Positions 1 through 47,775 of a stretch of DNA of 64,000 nucleotides are shown one piece after another. This stretch comes from Felis catus (Eukaryota), in contig NC_058368.1 of assembly GCF_018350175.1 (NCBI RefSeq), forward strand, positions 195,426,001 through 195,490,000. Direction: 5' to 3'. Position 1 is the stretch's first letter. Each line of letters begins with the position of its first letter. Made by a program: the position numbers and the translations under genes. Under the pieces are notes generated by a model that saw only the letters and a list, made by a program, of their open reading frames with translations, did not search any database and was not told the DNA's origin.

Positions 1-294
1 GCTTCTTCTCTTGGGCTCCTAGTGTCCTCATCAGTACAACAAAGGAAGTTAAATTAGATGTTATGAAAGAACCCAGACTTCCCCCAATTCACGTGTCTGT
101 TCTACAAGTGGTTACTTTTTTCATAGTACCCTTGGTCCAGTACCTTGGACCCGTTCTCAAAGCCCGTCTCTAAAACTGAGCTGGAAGGAACCTTGGATTT
201 TGTCAGTTGTCCAGCCTTGGAGCTTAATCACCCTTAACTCTCCTAAAACAGATATGGTTCTTTTTGGATGATATCTAATCTTCTTTGGACAATC

Positions 295-508
295 TTTTTT
301 TTTTAATTTTTTTAATGTTTGTTTATTTTTGAGAGACACAGAGCATGAACAGGGGAGGGGCAGAGAGAGACAGAGACAGAATCTGAAGCAGGTTCCAGGC
401 TCTGAGCTGCCAACACAGAGCCCGACATAGGACTTGAACTCATGAGCTGTGAGATCATGACCTGAGCTGAAGCTGGACACTTAACCGACTGAGCCACTCA
501 GGCACCCC
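295..508 (-). mobile_element. CanSINE (SINEC)
   Basis: tRNA-derived head, (CT)n, A-tail; TSD ttctttggac(a/c)atcttt. Confidence 0.9.
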
Positions 509-948
509 ATTCTTTGGACCATCTTTATCTACCTTTAGCTTCTTAACCTCCGGTTTAACAGTTGCCGTCTCTAGGATGTTGTTTTGATCTAGCCCAGAAG
601 TTATCTTGTAGCAATATAAGCAAAATAATATGGGTAGTAACAAAGGCCATCCTTAGTCAATGATTTAGAAATTTAGAAATGTAAAGAAATTAGAAGGAAT
701 AAAAATAGTAAGCGTTCAGAGTTAGCCTCTGTTCTATGTCAGGAACAGGGAGCATGGTATGGGCTTCCCCTCATTCAGTTCTCTCCATAGCCTTATCAGA
801 GTAGGTACTGTGGCTATTCCCATTTCGCAGATGAGAAAACTAAAGCTATGAACTATAATGTATACAAGATCACAGAAGCACAGTCAAAAATCCAGGCCTT
901 TTGACATCAGAACTCCAGTTCTTGAACACCATACCATATTGCTTTTCA

Positions 949-1160
949 TTTTTTTTCCAATGTTTATTTATTTTTGGGACAGAGAGAGACAGAGCATGAA
1001 CGGGGGAGGGGCAGAGAGAGAGGGAGACACAGAATCGGAAACAGGCTCCAGGCTCTGAGCCATCAGCCCAGAGCCCGACGCGGGGCTCGAACTCACGGAC
1101 CGAGAGATTGTGACCTGGCTGAAGTCGGACGCTTAACCGACTGCGCCACCCAGGCGCCCC
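949..1160 (-). mobile_element. Young felid CanSINE (SINEC_Fc type)
   Basis: CpG-rich head ggggcgcctgggtggcgcagtcggttaagcg; TSD ccatatt(g/a)cttttca. Confidence 0.92.
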
Positions 1161-2137
1161 CCATATTACTTTTCAAAATGAAACAAAATTATTGTTAATT
1201 CAACCACTCAGGTTATTGTTTTAAGTTAGTATCAGCTGGTGAGCATTTTGTAATGTCCTTATATTTTTAAATATAACTTCTGCTAGTTTCATATTTCATC
1301 ACACAGATTAGCCATGACTTAGTCTTCTGTCGTTGGATTTTTTCTTTTTTTCCCTTTGTTTTTCTACTATAATCTGTGGCAATGTTTGTATACCCCTTTA
1401 TTTCCTTAGCATATATTCCTTAAGGTAAAATTATGGGGTCAAAGAGTTTGATTGTTTGAAGGCTCTGAAAACACATCATCAGATGGCCGCTTGGAAATCA
1501 GTCTGCTGAACGTTATCATCTCTGTCTAAAGACATAGCAAGCATTCACTTGAAGAGTTTGCAGGCTCAATAGAATGTGTTCTAAAAAATAAAAAGTTAGC
1601 ATCAGTGTATTTTGGTGCTAGGTCAGGACACCACTGACAACACTCTGAGGGCAGGGCTGCTTAATTGTGAACTTAAGGGGCAAAATATGTGGGGGCAGAA
1701 AAGATCATTAGAGCAAGGCAAGTCTCCCTTGTGGAGGTCCATCTGGGCTGGGTATTGAAGGAAGGTTGGAGGAGAGGTTCTGGCAGCCAAGAAGGGAGGC
1801 ATGAACACCTGGAGGCAGGAATGTGCAGGACTTGCCCAGGAGAGGCAATAAAATTGGTTGTAGAAGGTGTCGGCTTTGGGAGAGGAAGAGCCTTCCAGAT
1901 TGAATGGTGCCCAGTATAGAGGACCATGAGTGCTGGCTAATGTGCCAAATATTTTCCCTTTTATAGTGAGGAATCAGAAAAAAAAATAGACTTAATCGTT
2001 CATTCAAGTAGCTGTGGTATGTTAAATGAAAAGGAGGCTTCAAAATAAGAGCATATGCTGTGATTGCAGTCTTGTAAAAATGGAAAGGATGCATGTGATA
2101 CATGTAATTTGTGATATGGTATAGAAAATGCATAAAT

Positions 2138-2318
2138 GGGGAGCACCTAGGTGGCTCAGTAGGCTAAGCGTCCGACTTCAGCTCAGGTCATGATCTCAGG
2201 GTTCATGGGTTTGAGCCCCGCGTCGGGCTCTGTGCTGTCAGTTCAGAGCCTGGAGCCTGCTTCGGATTCTGTGTCTCCCTCTCTTTCTCTGCCCCTCCCC
2301 CGTGTGTGTGCTCTCTCG

Positions 2319-2349
<31 letters not shown>

Positions 2350-2388
2350 AAAAATAAGAACATTTAAACATTTTTTTTAAAAAAGACA
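2138..2388 (+). mobile_element. CanSINE
   Basis: Head, (CT)n, A-tail; TSD agaaaatgcata. Confidence 0.9.
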
Positions 2389-2957
2389 AGAAAATGCATA
2401 GATGAATATATTCCAGGACATTACCCTGGCTACCAATGGGTACTGAGATTGTCATTGCTTTTACGTTTTCTTCTTGCCTAACTCTAGTTTCTAATTGTTC
2501 TAATTGTATTGCTTGCAGAATACAACTGTATCAGTTAATTCAGGCTGATTCTAAATGAGGGTAGTACCAACCCTCTTCTCCCCCATTCCCCCTGACTTTA
2601 CCAAGGGATGTTTGTATTGTGTGCAGAGGGGTGTTTCTTGTGCATCACAATGATTGGGGGATGCAAATAGCTTTTATTGGGTGGGGTCCAGGGATGCTAA
2701 ATGTCCTGCAGTGAATGCAGTCCTGACAAAGAATAATTCTCTCAGAATGCCAGTATTGGTCCAATTAAGAAACAGTAAGCGATGGGTTTTTTGGTTAGAA
2801 GCAAAAGAGACACCCACCCTAACTCCTTGTGAGGCCCTGGCATGTGAGACATTCCAGCTCTTTGTGAGGGACTTGATTATGGGCCACGCACTAAGCTCAT
2901 CGTGTGGCCAACAGATACATTGAATCTTCCCCCTTGCTTTTCCCATTTCTTCCTCAG

Positions 2958-15144
<12,187 letters not shown>

Positions 15145-15790
15145 GCATGGCACTGTGCTGTACCCACCAGCGCCTGACTTATACTGATGTGGATATCTTT
15201 TATATGCACTATCTTTATTTTACCGCTTTATCCTTTTTCTGGGCCAAGTCGTGGTGAAACAAGCAAAGACTCACTGGCTACAGGGTCTAGATGGTAATTT
15301 AAAAGTTTGGTTCTGTTATTCCTTTTCTTTCCATCTCTAGCTTTCCATTAAGTCGAGAGCTCTCCCATGGAAGGCTCTTGATTCCATCCAACTTTTGGGC
15401 AATTCACGTCGCCTTGAGTGGTGCTAGGCACGAAGAAGCCACCAGGGGGAAACCAAGTGACAGCAACTGGCAGAAGGACGTGCAGCTGGCTAAGGCTGAC
15501 CCTGATCTGGTAGACCAAGGGTTTCCCCTTTTCCAGATCTGTTCAATGAGCAAAGACTAGGGGACAGAACCTATAATCCAACAAGGTATGCATGGCTCCT
15601 GTGTCAAAATGGGTAGGGCAAAGAGGTCCAACGTTGATGTGCCAACGTGCCAATGGCATGGGGAAGTTGATGTGCCAATGGCATGGGGTAGGGGAATGGA
15701 TAATGCCATTACAGTATTTGGCATTATTTACCTCTTAACTCTTGCAACAAGCATTCTCCCTACGGTGTGTCAAGCATAGTTCAAGGTTCT

Positions 15791-16281
15791 TATAGTAGGT
15801 TGCAAAAATGGCCACAGATTCCTCTTGACAATGTGACTTTGCAGCTCCTCCCATCAAGAGGTGAAATCCATGCCTCTGCTCCTTGAATCTGGTCTTGCCC
15901 TTGTGACTTATTTGGGCCCGTTGAACATCAGTAAATGTGACGCAAGCAGAGATTTGGTGATGGCTTGTGCATCAGGACTTTCATTTCTCCCTACGCTATG
16001 GGGTGAAGATCCACCAGTGGAAGAAGCCTGAGCTAGCCTACTGGAGGATGAGAAGCCATGTTGCACAGAAACGAATCATCCCAGTTGAGCCCATCCCTCA
16101 GATCAACCAGCCTGCCAACTTCTGACACATGAGGGAAGCCTCCTAGACTACATCCAGCTCCAGTCAAGCTGACCCAAGTCGTAAGAATTGCCCAGATGAT
16201 CCACAGAATTGTGAGAAATAATAAATGTGGTTTTAAGCCATAAGAAGTGGGAGTTTTTATGCAGCAAAAGTTAACTGATAC
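15791..16281 (+). mobile_element. MLT1 (ERVL-MaLR) solo LTR in the SLC36A2 3' UTR region
   Basis: tgtgactttgcagctcctcccatcaagagg ... aataaatgtggttttaagcca...gcagcaaaagttaactgatac, a typical MLT1 3' end. Confidence 0.8.
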
Positions 16282-17393
16282 TCTAAAGGAGATATACCAA
16301 TGAGTGAGAAAGCATCCCTGCCCTCAAAAAAGCTAATTTACTATTCACCGGGGGGGGGGGGGAGGCAAGGGGGGAAGAATTATAGGTAATCACCTAAGTC
16401 AATACCATAACGGGTCCTTATAAGGGCAGAGGGACACTAACTGCTCTTGAGGACAAAGTATGGCTTTCCACAGGTGGTGCCATCAAACTGGATTTTGAGT
16501 AAAACTTGGGTCTCCTGACACTGAACCTTTCCCTCCTTCCACTCCGACCTGCCTCCTTGACAGTCCTGGGCCTTTTCTCATGTCTGCGCTCGGCTGACAG
16601 CAAGAGCCAGCCAACCTGAAACACCAGCTCAACCTTCCAGGTAGCGTTTGCTCCTTCATCCCTAAAATTACTAAAACTGGGAAAGTGCCCCCCAATAACT
16701 GAGTAGATATTAGAGGCAGGTCTATAGTCCCAAGGGAGAGAGTTTCCCATTGGATTTCCTGTAATTTATGGGAATGACCCATGCTTGTTTCAGTCTTCGT
16801 TTTAAGACGGTGTTTGAAAGGCCCTTTCTTGCTTCTTTTCAACCGTGATCCTCCCTATATGGCCTAGGGAAGATATTGGGGGAGTGTCTGCCCTAATTCC
16901 TAAATCCTGGTCTGCTCCTTTTGTGTGTTACTTTCTACCTGCTAGACTTCAAGAAGGTACTTCATGAGCAGTAGCCTTGCTCAGGTGGGAGGAGGGCCAG
17001 CAGGCCACACCCAGATCCCATAGTCTGTCTGCAGAGTTTCTGTTGGGAGGCAGGACACCCTTAGCCTATGCAATGGTACACAACCTACCTGGCCAGGGAG
17101 CTGGCTCATCACTTCCACCCTGTACTTCTCTGTTTCATCACCAGACCCAAAGCCCTCCCACTGACTGGCCCAGAGCTGCGGCAAAGCGTTCTTCCTTTCC
17201 CTGAGCTCGCCTCTCCCACCATATTCCACCATCACCCCAACAAACCTTGCTAAGTTTAAGATTGTCCTGTTATTAAAGAACTCTCACACTCCTTGTCCAG
17301 GCACAAGCCCCTACAATGTAAGATGTTCAGGCTAATCTTATCACTTAGGCTAATCTGGCTAAAGCTCAACTTTGCAAAGAAAAAAAAAATTTA

Positions 17394-17623
17394 GGGGCGC
17401 CTGGGTGGCTCGGTCGGTTAAGTGTCTCACTTCAACCTAGGTCATGATCTTGTGATTCGTGAGTTCAAGCCTCACGTCAGGCTCGGTGCTGACAGCTCCG
17501 AGCCTGGAGCCTGCTTCCAGATTCTGTGTCTCCCTCTCTCTGCCCCGCCCCTGCTCATGCTCTGTCTCTGTCTGTCTCTCAAAAATAAATAAATGTTAAA
17601 AAAAATGTTTTTAAAGAAAAAAA
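17394..17623 (+). mobile_element. CanSINE
   Basis: Head ggggcgcctgggtggctc, A-tail. Confidence 0.9.
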
Positions 17624-17772
17624 TTTAGTAACATAGATGTAACTGATCAAAGTAAGCTAGTGAGACTCGTTTGTCATTGTCGGCAACACTAAAAAATACC
17701 AAATATTAGAACTGTGTCTGAGTGTGAGGATATTAAGGGTTTTTTTTTTTGTTTGTTTATTGGTACTGGTTT

Positions 17773-17813
<41 letters not shown>

Positions 17814-19147
17814 CTCTCCACCCTCTCCTCATCCCAACTGATTCTTTTAAGTTTCAGAGCTTGTGCTTGAATCAAGAATCATAGAAAACCCTTTCTTCCT
17901 TCCCTCACTGAGCGCTTACTGTGTTTTACATGGGATTATCTCCCGATTAATCCTTACAACCACCCTATGAGGTATGTACTGTCATTGTCCCTATTTTCAG
18001 GTAAGGAAACAGGCTTAGAGATCTGAAGTGACTTGTAGGTGATCAAGCATGCAGTGACAGTTGGGTTTAGGACTCACACAGTTGTGCACAACACCTTTGT
18101 AGGGCCCAAGAGAGGGCGCAAATGGTGGTGGTCAAAACGAAAGAGAGCAAAAACGTGTCCAGTGAAACAAGCCAGTCACCAAAAGACAAATGATGCATTG
18201 TGTCAGTTTTATGAGGTACCGGGAGTAGTCAGACTCATAAAAACCCAGAAGGGCGGGGGTGGGCTGGTGGGTGGAACAGGCGGCTGTTGAATGGGTACAG
18301 ACGTTCCGTTCTGCGAGAAGAAAAGAGGGTTGGAGATCGGTTGCACAAGGCTGGGGATCATTTAGCATTACTGAACTGCACACTTAAAAATGGTTAAAGG
18401 GTCAATCCGATGTTACGTGTATCACAGGGTTTTTTTTTTTTTATTACGCATTAAGTTGGTGGCGAGCTGTGTGCAAGTGCTCACGTGTGCGTGAACGAAG
18501 CACATCCAAGTGTTCACAGTTGTCTTCCCTGGATGGTGGCGGTGATTCTGTCTTCTTTTGGTAGTTTTGAGTTGTATTTCGCTTGCTTTAAAATGAGCAT
18601 GGCTTTTGTTATAACCTCTCACTGTCTAGTTTTCTGGTTTCGTGTCCTCTCCCTACTTTCCACTGAAGCGCAGACTCCTTGAAAGTGCTCCTTGCTAGCT
18701 TGCAGTGCCTGACAGGGTAGGCATACTCTAAGAAATATTAAAGCAGCGAATACATGCTGTAGGGGAAGGGAATTCTCAATGCGAGAACAAGCCTTTAGCG
18801 CATCAGAGGAGGGAGAAGTCTCATTTGACATTCAGAGGAAGGGAGAAGCCCTAAGAGTCGATTTTGCGGCCATACCCAGTTGCCATGGGCAGCACCTGGC
18901 CGCCATGATCTTCATACATAGCCTGTCTAGACCATCGCGAATGAACAAGCCAAGTACGGCGTGCCCGCAAGTGCGTCTTTGAGACAAGGCTTGCATGCCC
19001 CAACTCCTTCCTTCCCGTTGTGTCAAAATTCGTGAGGTCCTCTTGACCCTTCCCCTCCTTCTATACCCTTCTATACCCCTTCTTCACACCCATCAGCACA
19101 TCCTCTAAAAGTACACAGACTGGGGTGCCTCTTAAAAGTGCCTTTTA

Positions 19148-19370
19148 GGGGCGCCTGGGTGGCGCAGTCGGTTAAGCGTCCGACTTCAGCTCAGGTCACG
19201 ATCTCGCGGTCCGTGAGTTCGAGCCCCGTGTCGGGCTCTGGGCTGATGGCTCAGAGCCTGGAGCCTGTTTCCGATTCTGTGTCTCCCTCTCTCTGCCCCT
19301 CCCCCATTCATGCTCTGTCTCTCTCTGTCCCAAAAATAAATAAACGTTGAAAAAAAATTAAAAAAAAAAA
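19148..19370 (+). mobile_element. Young SINEC_Fc-type CanSINE
   Basis: Perfect TSD taaaagtgcctttta (19133-19147, 19371-19385). Confidence 0.93.
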
Positions 19371-19399
19371 TAAAAGTGCCTTTTAAAAGTACACAGACT

Positions 19400-19602
19400 G
19401 GGGTGCCTGGGTGGCTCAGCTGGGTGAGCACAACTTCAGCTCAGGTCACAATCTCACGGCTTGTGAGGTCGAGCCCTGCATCGGGCTCTCTGCTGTCAGC
19501 GCAGAGCCCACTTTGGATCCTCTGTCTCCCTCTCTCTCTGCCTCTCCCCCCACTCACACTCTCTCTCAAACATGAATCAACATTTAAAAAATTAAATAAA
19601 AA
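19400..19602 (+). mobile_element. CanSINE (older)
   Basis: TSD taaaagtac(a/c)cagact. Confidence 0.88.
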
Positions 19603-19624
19603 TAAAAGTACCCAGACTTCAGGC

Positions 19625-20720
19625 ACTTATCATCCCTTAGCTACCGCCCTGGTCTAAACCGCACTGTTGACTAGCACCGGGCTCATTGCAGTGGCCTCCT
19701 AATTATCTCCCCGCTTTGGCCCTTGCCCTCCTTCCATCTGCTCCCAACAAATGGCCTGGAGAGATCCTGTTAAAATGCAAGTCACATCACTTCCCTTCTC
19801 AAACCCTCCATGATTCCTCACCTCAGAGTAAAAATTAAAGGCATTACAGTGGCCTACAAGTTCCTGCCCGTCCCATTCCACCCCCTTCCATTACTTCCAC
19901 TTATGTTAAGTGCATCTCTGCTGTGACCATGTAATTTCTCATCCAAACCAGAAAAGAGGCACTGTTGGTAATTATGTCCAGGCAATAAACACACACCAAC
20001 ACAGTCCTGGGCCAACCAGACATATGCCCACTCTACTCATCTCCCCTCTCCTCTGTGCATGCTGAGCCAGCCACATGGCCTTCCTACCATTCCCGAAACA
20101 CCCAGGCCCTCTCCTGCCTCAGGACCTTTGTACTTACTCTTCCCTCTGCTTTAAGTTTCGCACCCAAGACATACATGAGGCATGCTCCCTCATCCCGTTC
20201 AGCCCTTTACCCAGGTGTCACTTTCTCAGTGAGGCTCTCTCTGACCACCCACTCTAGAATTGCAACCCCCCCAGGGTGCCTGGGTGGCTCAGTTGGTTAA
20301 GCATCTGACTCTTGATTTCAGTTCAGGTCATGATCCCACAATTTGTCAGTTTGAGCCCCATATCGGCTCTGTGCTGACAACGCAGAACCTGCTTGGGATT
20401 CTCTCTCTCCCCCTCTCTTTCTCCCCCACTCACGCATGCACACTCTCTCAAAATAAATAAACATTTTTTAAAACTTATTTTAAAAAAAAGAATTGCAACC
20501 CTCCCCCCAGCCAGCCCTTCCCATTCCCCTTTACTGCATCATTTTTCTCTATAGTACTTATTACCAACAATACATACTTGACATATTTATTATCTGTCTC
20601 CTCACTAGACTGTAGTCCCATGAGGGCAGAGACTGTAGTATGTTTCTACCCTAATGTATTCCCAGCAGGCGGAACAGTGCCTAGTATATCTTAGATGCCC
20701 AATAGATATATTTTAATAGA
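19625..20720 (+). mobile_element. L2 3' remnant, interrupted by a CanSINE at 20273-20489
   Basis: L2-like text (ctcctgcctcaggacctttgtac, tctcagtgaggctctctctgaccacc, aacagtgcctagtat); the SINE has TSD agaattgcaaccc. Confidence 0.65.
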
Positions 20721-20819
20721 CAGGTAGATATTATTGAATAAATGATTTTTTTTTTAAGTTTACTTTTGTACTCCATTCCAAATAGGCGCAGTCCACACAC
20801 CCTTCCTGTACAGGAATTC

Positions 20820-21392
20820 TGAGCAGGTAGCACTCGGGCCCGGGAAGAGCCACTCTTCACTCCCGCCCTGGGTTGGGCCACACCTGCATCCTGGGACTGC
20901 ATCCTTATTGGCTGGGCAGCCTCCATTGTGAGGTAGCTCTGGCCTCCTCCTCGCAGAGGTAGACGGGCACGGAGCCTGGCCCCACATCCAGGCACCAGGA
21001 CCTGCAGTCCAATGGTGCCTTCCTCCTCCCAGGCACACTGTTCACTTTGCCCTATAGCGTTAAGGGCTGAACTGGGAGGGACCGGAAGCCCAGAGGAGTC
21101 CTGGCGTGTGGCCGACCGATCGTGAAGGGCACTGAGGGTCATGCCGAGATGAGACTCTCATAAGTGCCCCCAAAGCCAGGTGAGGCCCAGTCAACATCAG
21201 CTTCTCCTACCACCAGCGCTCCACTGATCCGCACACTTGGGCGTCAGTCTGGGTCAGGCACCCTCGGGAAACGGGAACCAGTGTCTTGGGCCTGCAGCCC
21301 TGGTTTCTCTGGAGAAAAACCCATGGGAGGCTGGTTCAAGGCTGTTACAGGCCTTTCCCCTGAGCTGCCACCCCCGTCCCACCTTGTTGAAG
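20820..21392 (+). promoter_or_regulatory. Putative SLC36A3 promoter and 5' UTR region
   Basis: GC-rich unique sequence directly upstream of the ATG, with a GC-box-like CTCCCGCCC (20860-20868), inverted CCAAT (20907-20911) and CCAAT (21009-21013). TSS cannot be determined. Confidence 0.5.
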
Positions 21393-45984
<24,592 letters not shown>

Positions 45985-46411
45985 TTATCTATTTTTATTC
46001 TAATCGCTCTCCCCTCCTCCCACCCCCAACTTGACTTCCGTTGTGGATGTTATATACGTTCATCAAACCCCAACATCTCTATATTAATTAGCGGCATCTT
46101 TATCTTTCCAGGAGAAATGGACCTGACACAAGTCAGTACTCATACCCCTCAGGGTATGCCTTTTTTGGTTTGGGATTGCTTTGGAGGTCTTTTGTACCTA
46201 TGAACCAAACCCTCATCCGACTGTTTGTACCATCAGCCTCATTTACTGGGAAAAGGAATGCCATTCACTCATGACATTCCTGGAAACAGACAAAGCATAG
46301 ATGGAAACGCAAAAGCAATTGTTTTCTCTAATCTGCAGTTGCTGCCCTTAAGGCATAAGATTTAGAAGAGTGGATATTGGGGGAAGGGGGATTTTGTATT
46401 CAAATATTCTT

Positions 46412-46590
46412 CTTTTTTTTAAAGTTTGTTTATTTTGATGGGGAGAGAGAGAGAGAGAGAGAGAGAATCTCAAGCAGGCTTGATGCTGTTAGCGCTGAGC
46501 CCAACACGGGGCTCCGTCCCACGAACTGTGAGATCATTACCTGGGCCAAGATCAAGAGTTAGATGCTTAACCAACTGAGCCACCCAGGCT
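46412..46590 (-). mobile_element. CanSINE downstream of the SLC36A3 stop codon
   Basis: Antisense structure with (GA)n. Confidence 0.85.
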
Positions 46591-47470
46591 CAGATGTTGT
46601 TCTAAGTGGAAGAGTCACAGACAGAACAAAAACAGAACTTAGCAGTAATTTTACCCAACCCTTTGGCCCTGCCACCAATTTCCCGTGGTATCTTGGGCAA
46701 GTTCCCTCACTCACTCTCTCTGACACCGTTTTCCCATCTATGAAATGAAGGACTAGACGGATCTGTTAAGGATTCATCTAGATCTGACATTCTGAAAGAG
46801 GAAAAAAAAATTAATTTATCTTTCAACCACGTGTGAAAATCAAGGTGTTTGCCATCAGCAAGACATGCTATTGTCCCGGAGATACGTGCCTACCAGAAGT
46901 AGGGTAGGGATACAAATTTATTTCTTAGCAATCAGTCGTTATGGTAACTTCCCTACGTAGAAGCACATCACCTTTCTTTTTCTTCTCTGATATCTTAAGT
47001 CCACTTACAGCCATTTAGGCTAAAGAGGTTGAGCGATTTGTGTGAAGGAGAAGGATTTCATCATGTGCAAGGACTATCGACCTACTTAAAAAAAAATACC
47101 TAGTTTGGGGAAGGGTTTTGAAAAATAGACAATCTTATACTCTGCAGATGGGGGTATACATTGTTATGGCTTTTCTGAAGGGCAATTTTACGACACATAA
47201 GTCTTCAAATGTGTAGCCCTCTGACCCATTAAACCTGGGAATTTATCCTAAGAATATTTTGTGTTTGCAAAACTTTATGCAAAAGGAGAGCTTGTATTTT
47301 GATAATAGTAAAAAGTTGGAAACAAACATCCAACGTTAGGTTAAATTATGATTTATCCCAAATAAAATGGTATGATGCCCCCAAACATTACAAAAATTCA
47401 TCTATTGATATGCAAATATATTTGTGGTTGATCAGTAGGTAAAAGCTGTTTTATTAAAAATAGTATGTGA

Positions 47471-47695
47471 GGGGCGCCTGGGTGGCGCAGTCGGTTAAGC
47501 GTCCAACTTCAGCCAGGTCACGATCTCGCAGTCCGTGAGTTCAAGCCCCGCGTCAGGCTCTGGGCTGATGGCTCAGAGCCTGGAGCCTGTTTCCAATTCT
47601 GTCTCCCTCTCTCTCTCTGCCCCTCCCCCGTTCATGCTCTGTCTCTCTCTGTCCCCCAAAAAATAAATAAACGTTGAAAAAAAAATTAAAAAAAA
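47471..47695 (+). mobile_element. Young SINEC_Fc-type CanSINE
   Basis: TSD aaaaatagtatgtga. Confidence 0.93.
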
Positions 47696-47775
47696 TAGTA
47701 TGTGAGATATATAAAAACATTTATAAATGTTTTATATATATATATATACATATATATGTATATATATATATATAT

